Assembly: GCF_004010195.1 (NCBI RefSeq)
Contig: NC_057719.1
Coordinates: 88,343,993-88,407,992 of the forward strand
Source: Chiloscyllium plagiosum
Taxonomy: Eukaryota
DNA: 64,000 nt
Direction of reading: 5' to 3'
Position numbers and translations under genes: made by a program. Below are positions 63,101 through 64,000 of this stretch, in pieces. Numbering within the stretch: position 1 is the stretch's first letter; each line of letters begins with the position of its first letter. Below the pieces are notes generated by a model that was not told the DNA's origin, did no database searches, and saw nothing but the letters and a program-made list of their open reading frames with translations.

Positions 63101-64000
63101 AGTTCAAAACCATCGACACAGCAGGGAGCAACTGAGTATTTTCGTGGATTCAAGGGCAGTTTATAAAATATCAAGTACCCGAGCAACAGGCATTGAAAGA
63201 TCATCCCTGTTCTGGCACAATGCGGTCTTGTTTATTCTTTCCCCAGAGGAAATGGAGATGGATAGCAGAGATTCCCAATGGAAATCTGAAAAGCTTGCCA
63301 GCTAATAGTCACAAGGAGATGGGATGACAGGTGGGTGATAAAAGACACCCTTGTATTCCTCCCTCCCACACTGACTAACTGCTATGGCAAATCCCTCACT
63401 GCAACCATTCCATTTGGCTTCTGTTCCCCTCTGGCTGACACCGTTTAATCAAAAAAACCCAAACATTTTAATATTTTACTGCGCGGATAACATTTGTCAG
63501 AACTGCTCCCAAAATAAACCAGCCCTCACAATGAATAATAGGCTGCCATCTCCCCTCACCTTCCACTGTTGCGTGACTCTGCATTGAGCCAAGGATTCTG
63601 TTGAACTAAAAGGGCATTCATTCAGAAAGGTTTGGACGGGAGTCAATTCGGTTATAGCCCAGCTGTTGTACTCTGAGAAACCCTGACAGCCCACTCTCTG
63701 TCATTAGCAATATCATAATCACATCATTCCCAAGAGCTGTGTAGCTTTCCCTCCCAGTCCCAAAATAATCCTTCATTGTTGCCTCCTCCAAAATCGGGCT
63801 ATCGCTATTACTTTGCTAGTCTGTTGCCATGACAACCCAGCATAGCCCATCTGCTCCATCCTAACTCTGTCTAGCATTCCTCAGAGATTGCAATCACCCA
63901 TCCAGTTATTTATAAGAATACCAGATGACAGGAGATTTTAACATTTCAGGACAGCATCCACAAACAACTCTGAATCTGTTTCCTGCTCTTCAAAAAGAAT

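Noticed and set aside
47709..64000. CRIP exon 1 (MASKCPKC..VYF-like)
   Set aside because: No match found by eye. A minus-strand LVYF at about 63490-63503 lacks the CxxC and a GT donor. Exon 1 is probably outside the window.

Overview
Vertebrate, almost certainly shark (elasmobranch) genomic DNA; this is inferred from HE1-type SINEs, CR1 LINEs and Penelope-like termini. It is dominated by transposon debris and has one assembly gap (9171-9568). The only host gene is a CRIP2-like double-LIM gene on the minus strand. Coding exons 2-8 lie at 47614-47708, 34364-34421, 32994-33140, 29363-29431, 28956-29050, 19913-19970 and 19067-19131, all with GT-AG ends and matching phases; exon 1 was not found and is probably beyond 64000. 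The most striking hidden system is a set of at least ten minimal hammerhead-ribozyme motifs (CUGANGA-N-stem II-GAAA-palindromic stem III-UH) in several covarying families. They sit in Penelope-like termini: one on a GIY-YIG-coding fragment, others in 127-270 bp TSD-flanked, often fold-back, non-autonomous insertions, some inside CRIP introns in sense orientation. Other observations: a 31-33 bp minisatellite with 11 metal-response-element cores just 3' of the gene, a composite VNTR retroposon with a Rex1/Babar-like tail, a ~120 bp inverted repeat pair 1.5 kb apart in intron 6, and a templated insertion inside a CR1. TE boundaries are approximate unless TSDs are given.
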